Of a stretch of 64,000 nt of DNA, positions 19,245-29,151 are shown piece by piece (position 1 is the first letter of the stretch; each line of letters opens with the position of its first letter). The stretch is from the sequence record NC_019521.1, one strand, 5' to 3'. Both the position numbers and the translations under genes were made by a program. The notes beneath the pieces were generated by a model. That model searched no databases, was not told the DNA's origin, and was given only the letters and a program-made list of their open reading frames with translations.

Positions 19245-19805
19245 ATGAACATATTCTTCCTAGATAACGATGAAACTATTTCAGCTTCATTATATACTGA
19301 TAAGCATATTATCAAAATGATTACAGAAACTTGTCAGATGCTTTCAACTTACGCTCATGAGAAATTCGAAAATCATCCTGTAGAGCTTTACAAACCTACA
19401 CATCGTAATCATCCATGTACTAAATGGTTATTCGAATCAACTAATAACGTTATACGTTTATGTAATATCGGTATTGCATTAGTTTCTGAATATCATTACA
19501 GATTCGGTAAACTTAACAATTTCTATAAAGCTAAACAAATACTTCATTATGTTTCGTTTAGAATTCTAGATTGCAGTTTCGAACTAGGTACCGAATTACC
19601 CTGTGTTGTAGCTGAATATGATGAGAATCTTTCAGTTTTCGAAAATTACGAAAAGTATTACATTACTCACAAGTTACAAAATGCTAAGTTTACTAACAGA
19701 CGTGAGTCAGAATTACATTGGACTAATAAAGCTGTAACATATTACGGGCAACAAAAGATTAAGGAAATTCAACAGATACTTCAAATACCAATAGAAAGAT
19801 TTTAA
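19245..19805 (+). CDS. Pyrimidine-dimer DNA glycosylase (DenV/Pyr_excise)-like protein
   Basis: MNIFFLD..DKHIIKMITETCQMLST and YKPTHRNHPCTKW. Confidence 0.7.
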   Translation: MNIFFLDNDETISASLYTDKHIIKMITETCQMLSTYAHEKFENHPVELYKPTHRNHPCTKWLFESTNNVIRLCNIGIALVSEYHYRFGKLNNFYKAKQILHYVSFRILDCSFELGTELPCVVAEYDENLSVFENYEKYYITHKLQNAKFTNRRESELHWTNKAVTYYGQQKIKEIQQILQIPIERF

Positions 19806-19806
19806 C

Positions 19807-20238
19807 ATGGCTAACGAAACAAAAACATTACCAGTTCCAAGTTTAATACCTGACTGTATAATATACGACTATGATGGTAGAAATCCAGAATTAGCTTGGA
19901 CTAGAGATTTAAACCGATCTGCACAATTTGCAACAATTACTACAGTAATGGGTGATACATCAGTACCATGGGATAGAATCGTATTAGTACATAGATTACA
20001 GGATCAATTACTTAATCTATTGAAATACAAATTAAGCCTAATGACTACTTGGAGTAGAGGAATTTCACATTCTGATATCATTGATGCTATTAACACCAAG
20101 AAAGCTTTGATACGTGACATTGGTTGGAAACTTAGATGGGATGTATTTAATCAAACGAAATCAGAAATTATTGAAATAATCGAATCGTTAGGTTCTATGA
20201 ACCTTGAACAAGCAATAGAATTTAGAAAGGACAAATAA
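19807..20238 (+). CDS. Hypothetical protein
   Basis: ORF track. Confidence 0.65.
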   Translation: MANETKTLPVPSLIPDCIIYDYDGRNPELAWTRDLNRSAQFATITTVMGDTSVPWDRIVLVHRLQDQLLNLLKYKLSLMTTWSRGISHSDIIDAINTKKALIRDIGWKLRWDVFNQTKSEIIEIIESLGSMNLEQAIEFRKDK

Positions 20239-20239
20239 C

Positions 20240-20596
20240 ATGAAAAACTTACATTGGTTACTCGCATACAAACTCGATCTTAGATGTGCTGAATCTATTC
20301 AGGAACTTGAAGATAACGTAAAGGATATTCTATCTATTCTTGATAAAGTTAAGAACGATATTAAACCTCTTGAGGATAAACTATCTGAAGACGTTTTCTG
20401 GGATTTACAAGAACAATTAGAATCTTGTATAGAATCGTTCGAAATTATTAAAGTAATGAGAGACATGGAATTCGAAGATGCTGCTGGAAATTACAATGAA
20501 GCTTTAGCTTGTTTGTATGATTTCTGTGATGAAAAACTATTTATAGACGATCAGGTTAGAAGATTCATTTGGTTAGAACTTTCACATACTATTTAA
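20240..20596 (+). CDS. Hypothetical acidic protein
   Basis: ORF track. Confidence 0.65.
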   Translation: MKNLHWLLAYKLDLRCAESIQELEDNVKDILSILDKVKNDIKPLEDKLSEDVFWDLQEQLESCIESFEIIKVMRDMEFEDAAGNYNEALACLYDFCDEKLFIDDQVRRFIWLELSHTI

Positions 20597-20597
20597 C

Positions 20598-21824
20598 ATG
20601 AATAAATTTAATCAAGTTTTCAAATCTTCGTTAATCAATACTATCGGATACGATCCTATCGAAGTCGAAAGATTACCACTATTACAGAAATACTATATTC
20701 GGTTATATTATAAGTTATTCAATTCAAGTCCTTCTGAAAGAATAAGAACTTTCGTAGAATTCGAATGTAGTGACGCTTATAAAGCACAATTACTAACCTT
20801 AGAATCTATAAACTTACCTGAAGAATATAGTTGTTCGTATTACAAGATATCGTTATATGATTTGTTCTTTTCTGATACACAAACGTCATATTTACTGTTT
20901 CTCGAATTAGCTACAACTGATGTAATATTCGACAAAGTATTTCAGGAAAGATTCCATTGGATTTTTGATAAAGCTTACATAAAGTTTCTAGTTGAAAGTA
21001 ATCAAACTATCGTAATACTTAATGATAAGATATTTGACGAACAGATTCTTACGAATTTCGAGCTTTCTAAATTGTACGTTAATCATATCAAATTCGAAGA
21101 TCATACATCAGAATTCTTACATGAAAGACTTACGAAATTATTTGATCCTGTTAAAAACTTAGCATTCATTAAATATTACCTTCTAACTGAATGTGAAGAA
21201 TGCATAAACGATTTAACAGAATGGATCATAAAATCTATAGAATACGATTACGAGGATAAATCAAAGTATAAATATCGTAAAGATTTCTTTAACGATCTTT
21301 TCAAAGTCATATGTATAGACGCTTTCTCAGGTAAGTTTATTCATAAGATTTACAAGATTCAGAATTTAATAAGTCTAGAAAACAGGGAAGCTTATGTTAG
21401 ATTAGTTGAAGAACATGTAAAGACTTTCGGTTCTTCAAGATATTCCATACTTCTACTTTTTCCAAGTTCTTTAACTTCTACTGAAATCGTTCAGAAAGCT
21501 TTGAACGATTTGTCAAATCGTTTAACAGACAATACTAGTAAATCTGAAAACGTTTATAACTGTATCGATTCAGTTTATAGGATTTTTACTAGTTACGACT
21601 TCAACAATACAAGGATTCGTGACGAAATAAAAAGTTCACCATATTTCGATTCATTAAAGCTATATACGATATTTGCTATATACGTTAAACATCATAATTT
21701 CAATTTTCTTATGCATATTCCTAGAAATTGTATGACTCACAATATTCTTATGAGATTTGCTAAAGATTATCCGTTTTACCTTGGACAATATATGAAAGAC
21801 TGTCCAGATTTATTTGAAGACTAA
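20598..21824 (+). CDS. Hypothetical protein
   Basis: 408-aa ORF. Confidence 0.7.
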   Translation: MNKFNQVFKSSLINTIGYDPIEVERLPLLQKYYIRLYYKLFNSSPSERIRTFVEFECSDAYKAQLLTLESINLPEEYSCSYYKISLYDLFFSDTQTSYLLFLELATTDVIFDKVFQERFHWIFDKAYIKFLVESNQTIVILNDKIFDEQILTNFELSKLYVNHIKFEDHTSEFLHERLTKLFDPVKNLAFIKYYLLTECEECINDLTEWIIKSIEYDYEDKSKYKYRKDFFNDLFKVICIDAFSGKFIHKIYKIQNLISLENREAYVRLVEEHVKTFGSSRYSILLLFPSSLTSTEIVQKALNDLSNRLTDNTSKSENVYNCIDSVYRIFTSYDFNNTRIRDEIKSSPYFDSLKLYTIFAIYVKHHNFNFLMHIPRNCMTHNILMRFAKDYPFYLGQYMKDCPDLFED

Positions 21825-22147
21825 TGGAAAATACAGACTTACAATACAGAGATAATTCTTATTTTAACGAAAAAGATTATTACATATTCGAATCACATGG
21901 TCAGTTAATGCTCAGACAAGTTGAGTTTTCTGGAACTAACTGGTTTGTAAAAGATGGTGTACCTTACAAAGCTACAACTGTTAGATGTGTAGTTTCCAAC
22001 GTTGGTAACTTTATCAAATCTATAGAAACTTTACTTGAAAGTATTAACAAGAAACGTAAATATGGTGAACGTACTGGATTCTTTTATGCTGACTTGGGTA
22101 CTGGTTTAACATTAAATTATGATATGAGTTTCATGAAATATACATAA
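21824..22147 (+). CDS. Hypothetical protein
   Basis: TAATG coupling. Confidence 0.65.
   Translation: MENTDLQYRDNSYFNEKDYYIFESHGQLMLRQVEFSGTNWFVKDGVPYKATTVRCVVSNVGNFIKSIETLLESINKKRKYGERTGFFYADLGTGLTLNYDMSFMKYT
22139..22146 (+). promoter_or_regulatory. TATACATA late-type promoter motif
   Basis: Exact octamer upstream of 22167. Confidence 0.5.
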
Positions 22148-22166
22148 TACATAAATCAAATAAGAC

Positions 22167-22715
22167 ATGAAATCAATATCAGAACTATACGAAGCTTTCG
22201 TAGAATTAAAACATATTAACAAAGACAAAGAATTTATAGCAGGTAAGGATGTAAAAATCGATTACAAATCTTTACCTAAGCATGCTCAAAAATTCTTTGA
22301 TGCTTTGTATTCGGGATTCGAACAATTAGGTAACAAGATAACATTCGAAGCTAATGAATCTAAATTAAACTTGAATAATGCTAGTTATAATCTTGTAAGA
22401 GTTTCAAAACCTGGATCAGACTATGGAACTATTCTTACTAGAGAAGAAGTTCTAGAACATAACGCTAAAAAGGTTGTACATTTGACTTCAGGATTTTACA
22501 TTCATTCAGCCTCAAATGATAAACCTATTTATATTACGTTATTCCTTAACATGGGTCCTAAAGGTGACGCTTCATTCAAGCTTAGCTTTAACATGGATTC
22601 AACTAAAGATTTGAAATATGCTCCAGGAATGGATGGCTTAAAATTAGCGACATCTGTAGTTAAGGCTATGATATCAAAGAACAAAGCTTATCAGAATAGT
22701 TTCTTCAATATGTAA
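22167..22715 (+). CDS. Putative internal head protein (capsid-targeting-like N-terminus)
   Basis: MKSISELYEAF N-terminus and late-type motif upstream. Confidence 0.45.
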   Translation: MKSISELYEAFVELKHINKDKEFIAGKDVKIDYKSLPKHAQKFFDALYSGFEQLGNKITFEANESKLNLNNASYNLVRVSKPGSDYGTILTREEVLEHNAKKVVHLTSGFYIHSASNDKPIYITLFLNMGPKGDASFKLSFNMDSTKDLKYAPGMDGLKLATSVVKAMISKNKAYQNSFFNM

Positions 22716-22739
22716 GAAAAATTAAGAAAAAATGTAAAA

Positions 22740-22783
22740 GAAACCCTCGGAAACTGAAACTTTCGAGGGTTTCGTAGTACTAT
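22740..22783 (+). repeat. Hairpin-promoter cassette 2
   Basis: gaaaccctcggaaactgaaactttcgagggtttcgtagtactat. Confidence 0.85.
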
Positions 22784-22857
22784 ACATTTATAAATAAATG
22801 GATTCCGTTACTTTGTAACGTATATACTAAATTAATAAATAAATATATCTTTCAATT

Positions 22858-23391
22858 ATGACAACTATCAAATCAAAACTTTGGCAAGAACATGTAACTT
22901 CAGTAACAGAAAACTTTCATGTTGTAGAATATCTTTGGAATCTTCCATTTTCAGAAATTACAAACGCTAACTTCCCAGATTTCTTCAATTATGGTTCTAT
23001 TGACAGAACTAACGAAATCGTTAAACAAATAATCTGTCACTTTCTGAAATACAATGTTGATGTTATTTTGACATACGATAACATGATTACTCAACGTATT
23101 TCAAATGTATTCGAATTAAAAGATTTAAGTAAGTTCGTAAACCTTAAACAAGTTTGTATCGTAGATTTACAGGGTCAATTCAGAAACGAGAAAGAAGAAT
23201 CTAAACGATATGGTGACGCTTTTACTATCGCTTTCGATACTCTTACCGATTTGGAGAAATCTAAACAAGATTACCGTCCTAACTTAGATGTAAGATGTTT
23301 CCGAATTATGGATATTGAAATGGAATCGTTCATCAAAGCTTCGGAAGTTGAAGAAATATCTGACCTAATTATTGACAGTCTTCAAAAATAA
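22858..23391 (+). CDS. Hypothetical protein, paralog of 18714-19241
   Basis: WNLPFSEITNANFPDFFN..KYNVDV. Confidence 0.7.
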   Translation: MTTIKSKLWQEHVTSVTENFHVVEYLWNLPFSEITNANFPDFFNYGSIDRTNEIVKQIICHFLKYNVDVILTYDNMITQRISNVFELKDLSKFVNLKQVCIVDLQGQFRNEKEESKRYGDAFTIAFDTLTDLEKSKQDYRPNLDVRCFRIMDIEMESFIKASEVEEISDLIIDSLQK

Positions 23392-23408
23392 AAAGTAAAA
23401 AATAATTA

Positions 23409-23452
23409 AAAACCTACGGAAACTGAAACTTTCGTAGGTTTTGTAGTATAAT
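23409..23452 (+). repeat. Hairpin-promoter cassette 3
   Basis: aaaacctacg-gaaactgaaacttt-cgtaggtttt then gtagtataat; compensatory stem changes. Confidence 0.85.
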
Positions 23453-23488
23453 ATACTCAAATAACAAATTTATAAATATATTTCAATT

Positions 23489-23803
23489 ATGGCTTTATTA
23501 TCAATGTCTAACGGACCAAAACAAACATTAAACGTTAACTACGCGTTAGAAACTCTTCGAAATTCTGGAATCGATGCAATGAAACATTGCTTCAAACTTA
23601 CTGTTATGACTGATAACGGTTACGAGGAAGTTAAAACCTTCACTCATAAATCCATTCAAAAATGTTATGTTGTAACTTTAGCTGGTGGAAAATCTTTCAC
23701 ATTGTCTGAATTACTTCACTTACAAAAGGAATTAAAACAAGCTCGTATTAAAAATAACGAATCTTTAAACTGCAAAAAAGTTTACAGATATGAAGCAAAA
23801 TAA
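23489..23803 (+). CDS. Hypothetical early protein
   Basis: TTCAATT-ATG start. Confidence 0.7.
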   Translation: MALLSMSNGPKQTLNVNYALETLRNSGIDAMKHCFKLTVMTDNGYEEVKTFTHKSIQKCYVVTLAGGKSFTLSELLHLQKELKQARIKNNESLNCKKVYRYEAK

Positions 23804-24113
23804 TTTCGAGATTTTGGAGATTAACGGAAGACAATTAGTCTTCTGTTCTCCATCTTATGCTGAAACTTTATATGATTCTAAGATATTAGACATATCACCA
23901 GTAGGTCAAGCTACTACTCTTTCAAAAGAAGTTTATGAAGCATTAACACCTGTTCGTCTAAATACAGTTTATTACGATTACCTTAATAGTGGTAAATATT
24001 TCTTAGACCCTCGTGACAGTTTTATGTCATTCATGGAAGCTTCAGGAATGACTAAACGTTTTCCAAAAGAACCACCTTTCATTTTCATCATTCGTCAAGA
24101 CTTTTTAAACTAA
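23790..24113 (+). CDS. Hypothetical protein
   Basis: ORF track. Confidence 0.65.
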   Translation: MKQNNFEILEINGRQLVFCSPSYAETLYDSKILDISPVGQATTLSKEVYEALTPVRLNTVYYDYLNSGKYFLDPRDSFMSFMEASGMTKRFPKEPPFIFIIRQDFLN

Positions 24114-24125
24114 ATACTTTCAATT

Positions 24126-24326
24126 ATGCAAGACCAATCAGTAATAGTCTGGAACTCTGAGACTAATCAAAACGATACTTTAGTAATCGATCAACAAGTA
24201 ATCGATTTCGCAAAGAACTACAAACAAGATCAAAAGAATTTCGACATTCTTTACCTTTCGTCAATTTCCACATTAATCGTTATAGCAATTGTAGTATCGT
24301 TAATCAAAAAATCTAGAAGAAAATAA
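24126..24326 (+). CDS. Small membrane protein
   Basis: One TM helix followed by a basic tail. Confidence 0.65.
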   Translation: MQDQSVIVWNSETNQNDTLVIDQQVIDFAKNYKQDQKNFDILYLSSISTLIVIAIVVSLIKKSRRK

Positions 24327-24328
24327 TC

Positions 24329-24919
24329 ATGAAAATAACTCCGAAAATCCACCTAAGAATCTTCATTTCTATGATTGTAATTGTAGCTCTTTGTGCTGCT
24401 ACAGGTAATCCGTATTTAGCTGTTCTTTCTCTATTTCTAGCTTTATTCGTTTTGAAAGCTTTAGTAAACGAAAGGATTCTTTCCAGAATCGAAAGTTTCA
24501 ATATTGATTTCTTTTCAGAATCTAGAAGTAAACGATTAGAACGTTCGCAACTTAAGAAATACAAAGAACTTCTTAAAGACGGTTTTACTGAAGTTGAGAA
24601 TTCACCAGAATATCTGTTACGTCAAGATAATGGTACGAATACGTACGCATTAAATCCTAAGAATTACAATACGTTATCGAAGCTTATCATAATCAAGAAT
24701 CCTATTACGAAAGGTGGTTATACATCTCGTAAGATTGATAAAGTTTACGTAGAACATAATTTAGCTACTAACGAAATCGATATGTACTGTACAGATTCTA
24801 AAGATCGTTTGTATTTGAAATCTGAGATAAGAATATTCGAAGATTTCGATATTAACGAATTGTATGTCATATTAATGAAACGTCTAACTAAATCTATCGA
24901 ACATGGAAGATATAACTAA
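24329..24919 (+). CDS. Membrane-anchored hypothetical protein
   Basis: Two N-terminal hydrophobic segments. Confidence 0.65.
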   Translation: MKITPKIHLRIFISMIVIVALCAATGNPYLAVLSLFLALFVLKALVNERILSRIESFNIDFFSESRSKRLERSQLKKYKELLKDGFTEVENSPEYLLRQDNGTNTYALNPKNYNTLSKLIIIKNPITKGGYTSRKIDKVYVEHNLATNEIDMYCTDSKDRLYLKSEIRIFEDFDINELYVILMKRLTKSIEHGRYN

Positions 24920-25151
24920 GCATGCTAATTTGATTACAAGTATAACTCTCGTATTAGCTTGGGTTATTTGTATAGTTTCTGTACTTACTATTGGTTTTAT
25001 GAACGACAAGATTTCAGGTAAAAGTCTTATTATCATAATACTAATAGGATTAATGACAGCTTTACTAATGATTGGTATCAAATATGTTTTCAATGAAATG
25101 TCAGCAATCATATTTAAATTGAATCAGGAACTAAAAGAATTTAAACAGTAA
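24903..25151 (+). CDS. Small 2-TM membrane protein
   Basis: Two hydrophobic helices. Confidence 0.65.
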   Translation: MEDITKHANLITSITLVLAWVICIVSVLTIGFMNDKISGKSLIIIILIGLMTALLMIGIKYVFNEMSAIIFKLNQELKEFKQ

Positions 25152-25152
25152 C

Positions 25153-25181
25153 TGAAACTTTTTGACAATCTGTAGTATAAT
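25153..25181 (+). promoter_or_regulatory. Phage promoter TGAAAC-N17-TATAAT
   Basis: Consensus match upstream of the ligase. Confidence 0.75.
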
Positions 25182-25215
25182 ACATCTATATATTTAAACT
25201 ATAATCATTTCAATT

Positions 25216-27090
25216 ATGCAATTCGAAAAACATTCTGTTCAATTTCTTATCGATCTTTACAACAATGCTAAAGAACAGTATTACAATACTGGAAATTCCC
25301 CACTTACCGATTCAGAATTCGATGAATTAGAGGATTATTTGCTATCTAATGAATACGTCGAGAAATATGTTGGTACTGAAGAAATCAAAGGTACTAAATC
25401 ACCTCATGTAACTCCAATGTTATCTCTTGACAAAGTTCAAGTATTTACTGATGGATTTGAAGGGCATCATTTCGATCATGTTCTTGCAGCTCTTGGTAGA
25501 TATGATCAATTTGTTACTCATAAACATGGTGATCATATGCTTCAAGCTTCATTTAAATTAGATGGTTTAGCTGCAAATATCACATATGCTGATGGAGTTC
25601 TTAAAACTATCGCAACACGTGGTAACGGTAAAATAGGTTCTGATATTACTGAAAAATGTAAACATTTAGTTCCAAACAAATTATCAACAAATTTCAGTGG
25701 TGAGGTTCGTGGTGAAATCTTTATCAAGAAATCTACATTCATTCAGAAATATTCTGAATACAAAAATCCAAGAAACTTAGCTGCCGGTATTGTTGGTCAA
25801 AACGATATCAAGGACCCAAGATTAAAAGATTTGAATATCTTCTTATTTGAAGTGAAAGGTTCGGTTAAGACTTTATTCGAAATCGTTGACTTACGTCCAT
25901 TGATAATCGATTCTATTTCGTTCTTCAATACATTCGATGAAATGTCGAAAGCTTATCATGAATTACTTGATAAACGTACAAATCTCGATTATCCAACAGA
26001 TGGTATCGTAATTAGATTATCAAGTGCTGTTGAACATCGTGATAATGGTTTAGCACCACTTTACTCAGTAGCTGTTAAATTCCCTCCAATGTTAGCAAGA
26101 ACTAAAATTGCTAAAATCTCATGGAATCTTCGTAAATCTGGAAAATTCATTCCACATGCAACATTAGAACCTGTAGAATTGGATGGAACTATCGTAACTC
26201 ATGCAGCTTTACATAACTATGGATGGGTTAATGAAAGAGGTTGTTGGGAAGGTGCTGAGGTTGTAATTGGTAAAAATGGTGACATCATTCCACAAATTCA
26301 ATCAGTAGTAACAAAATCAGAACCTTCTAATCTACCAGAAAATCATGTAATTTCTGATAACGGTCTTCATATGTTACCATCGGGTGATATGTCTGACGTT
26401 ATTAATCGCAACAAATTCGTTCAAGGTTTTTATACTTTAGGAATGTTTGGATTCGGTGGTGCTACATTCATCAAACTTTATGATTTGATGGAAGGTAAAA
26501 TCGAAAACATCTTTAACGATGATTTGTTTACTAAGAAAAATCTAGCACCAATACTAGGTTTAGGAATGACTGGTCCTAAATTCCTTAAGGAACGTCAACA
26601 TGTTTTAGTAAATATGAATCTTCCTAAGTTGCTATTAGCTATGCAATTCGATTCTTGTGGCTGGAGACATTGTTTGAAACTGTCTAAAGCGTATTCGAAA
26701 CCGGATGCTGAACTTGATACATCTGGATTAAATTCTAAAGTTGTATATTCAGTAACACAGGATCAAAACAATATCTATCGTATAACTTCAGCAATTCAAT
26801 TAGCGTTAAGAAACGGTATCGAACTTGAAGATATCGAAGAAAAAGTTATCGAAAAAGGTTCAGTTACTTTTGAAATGACTGGATCACCTAAATTAGCTGG
26901 ATTCAAATCTAAGGAAGCTTTCGTACAATATGTATCAACTTGGAATCATACGAAACTTAAGAAAGATACCACTTATCTGATAACAGATGATAAGGTTTCG
27001 AAAACTTCAAAAATGAAATTCGCGGACGCTAACAATGTAACAGTTTTAACTTACGAAGAAGCTGTAGCTAAATTTAAAGAATCTTTGTAA
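25216..27090 (+). CDS. ligA: NAD-dependent DNA ligase
   Basis: N-terminal YYNTG..SDxEFD, KLDG adenylation motif, TRGNG, RGE, DGIV, AVKF, GDIIP, C-terminal BRCT-like domain. Confidence 0.9.
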   Translation: MQFEKHSVQFLIDLYNNAKEQYYNTGNSPLTDSEFDELEDYLLSNEYVEKYVGTEEIKGTKSPHVTPMLSLDKVQVFTDGFEGHHFDHVLAALGRYDQFVTHKHGDHMLQASFKLDGLAANITYADGVLKTIATRGNGKIGSDITEKCKHLVPNKLSTNFSGEVRGEIFIKKSTFIQKYSEYKNPRNLAAGIVGQNDIKDPRLKDLNIFLFEVKGSVKTLFEIVDLRPLIIDSISFFNTFDEMSKAYHELLDKRTNLDYPTDGIVIRLSSAVEHRDNGLAPLYSVAVKFPPMLARTKIAKISWNLRKSGKFIPHATLEPVELDGTIVTHAALHNYGWVNERGCWEGAEVVIGKNGDIIPQIQSVVTKSEPSNLPENHVISDNGLHMLPSGDMSDVINRNKFVQGFYTLGMFGFGGATFIKLYDLMEGKIENIFNDDLFTKKNLAPILGLGMTGPKFLKERQHVLVNMNLPKLLLAMQFDSCGWRHCLKLSKAYSKPDAELDTSGLNSKVVYSVTQDQNNIYRITSAIQLALRNGIELEDIEEKVIEKGSVTFEMTGSPKLAGFKSKEAFVQYVSTWNHTKLKKDTTYLITDDKVSKTSKMKFADANNVTVLTYEEAVAKFKESL

Positions 27091-27506
27091 TGATAGAACT
27101 AAGTAAATATAGTTATTCTAATGTATTCGATAATACCGTAAGATTGGATTCTTACGGTAATCTTTCAATAATCCGTAAGTTTAATACTGTAGAATCTAAT
27201 ATTACTGTTAAACTTAATGTTAAGGATATCCAAAATCTTATCGATATTCAAGAGAAAATACTAGCTTTATATGGTAACGTATTTTCAGATTCTTTAACTT
27301 GGTATGTAAATTCTGAAGATTATCATATCAATGTCAATTTTCGAAGACATTTAAGAATCGATAATACTAGTTACGGTAATGTTTCAGTATTCGATAATCG
27401 TAAGAATCTTATCGTTTCATTTCCATGCTTTAATAAAGTCGATAAATCTGTAATCTATGAATTACTTCCAATAATCGACAGACTTAACAAATCAAAACAA
27501 TCTTAA
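27090..27506 (+). CDS. Hypothetical protein
   Basis: TAATG coupling. Confidence 0.65.
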   Translation: MIELSKYSYSNVFDNTVRLDSYGNLSIIRKFNTVESNITVKLNVKDIQNLIDIQEKILALYGNVFSDSLTWYVNSEDYHINVNFRRHLRIDNTSYGNVSVFDNRKNLIVSFPCFNKVDKSVIYELLPIIDRLNKSKQS

Positions 27507-27544
27507 TAATACATATTATCTATAAACTATAACTGTAACTTATC

Positions 27545-28090
27545 ATGAATACGCACGACTCACAACAGAAAATCAATATTTTAGAAAAAGCCTTGTACAA
27601 TCAACTTTATGTACATGGTACTATTCAAGCCGATACTTTAGTAAAACTTATTCCAGATCGCAATACTAACGAAACCACTGCTATCTTATTTATTGAAAGT
27701 AATAATATTACTAAACAAAACTTTTCGATAGCTTTCAGAGTAACGATAAGTAACGATTACACAACAATCATAACTTCTGATAACAGATATAATCGAAATC
27801 TGATAATACTTGATATCGATAATACTGGAACAGAAAAACGCAATACTGAAACATTGAATGTCATGTTATCGAAACTTGACAATACGTTAAGAACTTACAG
27901 AATTCAATATTCAAACACTCCGTTAATGCTTTCTGGATATAATGATTTCATTGACGAAAATGGTGAGAAATCATTGTTTCCAATGTTCTCTGAACGTAAG
28001 TTTAAATTGTATGCGTCATTGAACACAGTATTACATACTATCAAGAAAATCAATATCGAACATCCTAACCTAAAAGTTACATGGATATAA
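27545..28090 (+). CDS. Hypothetical protein
   Basis: ORF track. Confidence 0.65.
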   Translation: MNTHDSQQKINILEKALYNQLYVHGTIQADTLVKLIPDRNTNETTAILFIESNNITKQNFSIAFRVTISNDYTTIITSDNRYNRNLIILDIDNTGTEKRNTETLNVMLSKLDNTLRTYRIQYSNTPLMLSGYNDFIDENGEKSLFPMFSERKFKLYASLNTVLHTIKKINIEHPNLKVTWI

Positions 28091-28581
28091 CAGTAGTTTT
28101 CGAATCGAAAGAAGACAAAAATAGATTACAGGTATCATTGAAAGACGATACCTTATCTGTTTGGAATTCATTATTCGAGATAGAAGAAAGAGCATATAAT
28201 CCAATACATAAAGAAGTAGTTAGAACTGATTTTGTATTTGAAGGTATTGGAACTTCTATGCAATTTATTTCGGACATAATCGAATTACCAACTAACGAAT
28301 TGTTTCAAGTTGAAATACTTAGAAGAAATCTAACAGAACCATTTGTATGCTGTGTCAAACCTTCGACAACGTTCGCAATATGTGTTGAAACGACTAACGC
28401 AATATTAGCTTTCGTAAAGACTATAGAAGTTTTCATATCAAAAATGGATTCGTATAAACAATTTCAAAGTGTCTTTGGTCAATCTTGGGACGGTTCGGTG
28501 CTAAGAAATCTAAACGATTTCATCATAAAAAGTCTACTAAAAGACTGTCATTCTTATAAACAATCAATCAATCAAAAATGA
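28081..28581 (+). CDS. Hypothetical protein
   Basis: ORF track. Confidence 0.65.
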   Translation: MDITVVFESKEDKNRLQVSLKDDTLSVWNSLFEIEERAYNPIHKEVVRTDFVFEGIGTSMQFISDIIELPTNELFQVEILRRNLTEPFVCCVKPSTTFAICVETTNAILAFVKTIEVFISKMDSYKQFQSVFGQSWDGSVLRNLNDFIIKSLLKDCHSYKQSINQK

Positions 28582-29087
28582 TCTTTTTACTTATTTTACT
28601 TATTGTCGGAGCTATAGCTTCGTTAAACAGAAAATCAAATCCGTTCTATGGTAAACAGGAAGGTTTGTCAAGAATAGTTGGTGGTGCTTTTGTAGGGTTT
28701 CTATTATGGCTATTCATATTGAATCCAGTTTTAAGTATCGTTTCTAAAAATATCAAGTTTACAAAAACTAGTCAAATAGATTCGATACAAGCTATTACTG
28801 TTGATACTGATTTCGATACTTTCAAAATATCTTTAAAGGATTCTTCTTTACTAATGAATTCTAGTAGTCCAGCTTTATTCATAGTTAATGACAGTTTAAT
28901 CTTTGAAGGTGATACAATTATTAATATTTCCAAATTAGTGAAAGTTACTAGTAAGTCATCTAATAAACTACTTTATATCGATATGAACATTGTTCCAGAT
29001 TATGAAATACATCTAACTGAATCAGATTATTCGAAACTAAATCCAATGTATAGAAACGAATTCAGTCATATGTTTATCAGAAGATAA
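28578..29087 (+). CDS. Membrane-anchored hypothetical protein
   Basis: Two N-terminal hydrophobic segments. Confidence 0.65.
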   Translation: MIFLLILLIVGAIASLNRKSNPFYGKQEGLSRIVGGAFVGFLLWLFILNPVLSIVSKNIKFTKTSQIDSIQAITVDTDFDTFKISLKDSSLLMNSSSPALFIVNDSLIFEGDTIINISKLVKVTSKSSNKLLYIDMNIVPDYEIHLTESDYSKLNPMYRNEFSHMFIRR

Positions 29088-29116
29088 GGAAACGATAATA
29101 CATACTTAAGTAATAT
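29088..29116 (+). promoter_or_regulatory. Phage promoter GGAAAC-N17-TAATAT
   Basis: Consensus-like, exact spacing. Confidence 0.55.
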
Positions 29117-29151
29117 ACATCTATATTTCAATTTCAAAACATAAGAAACGT

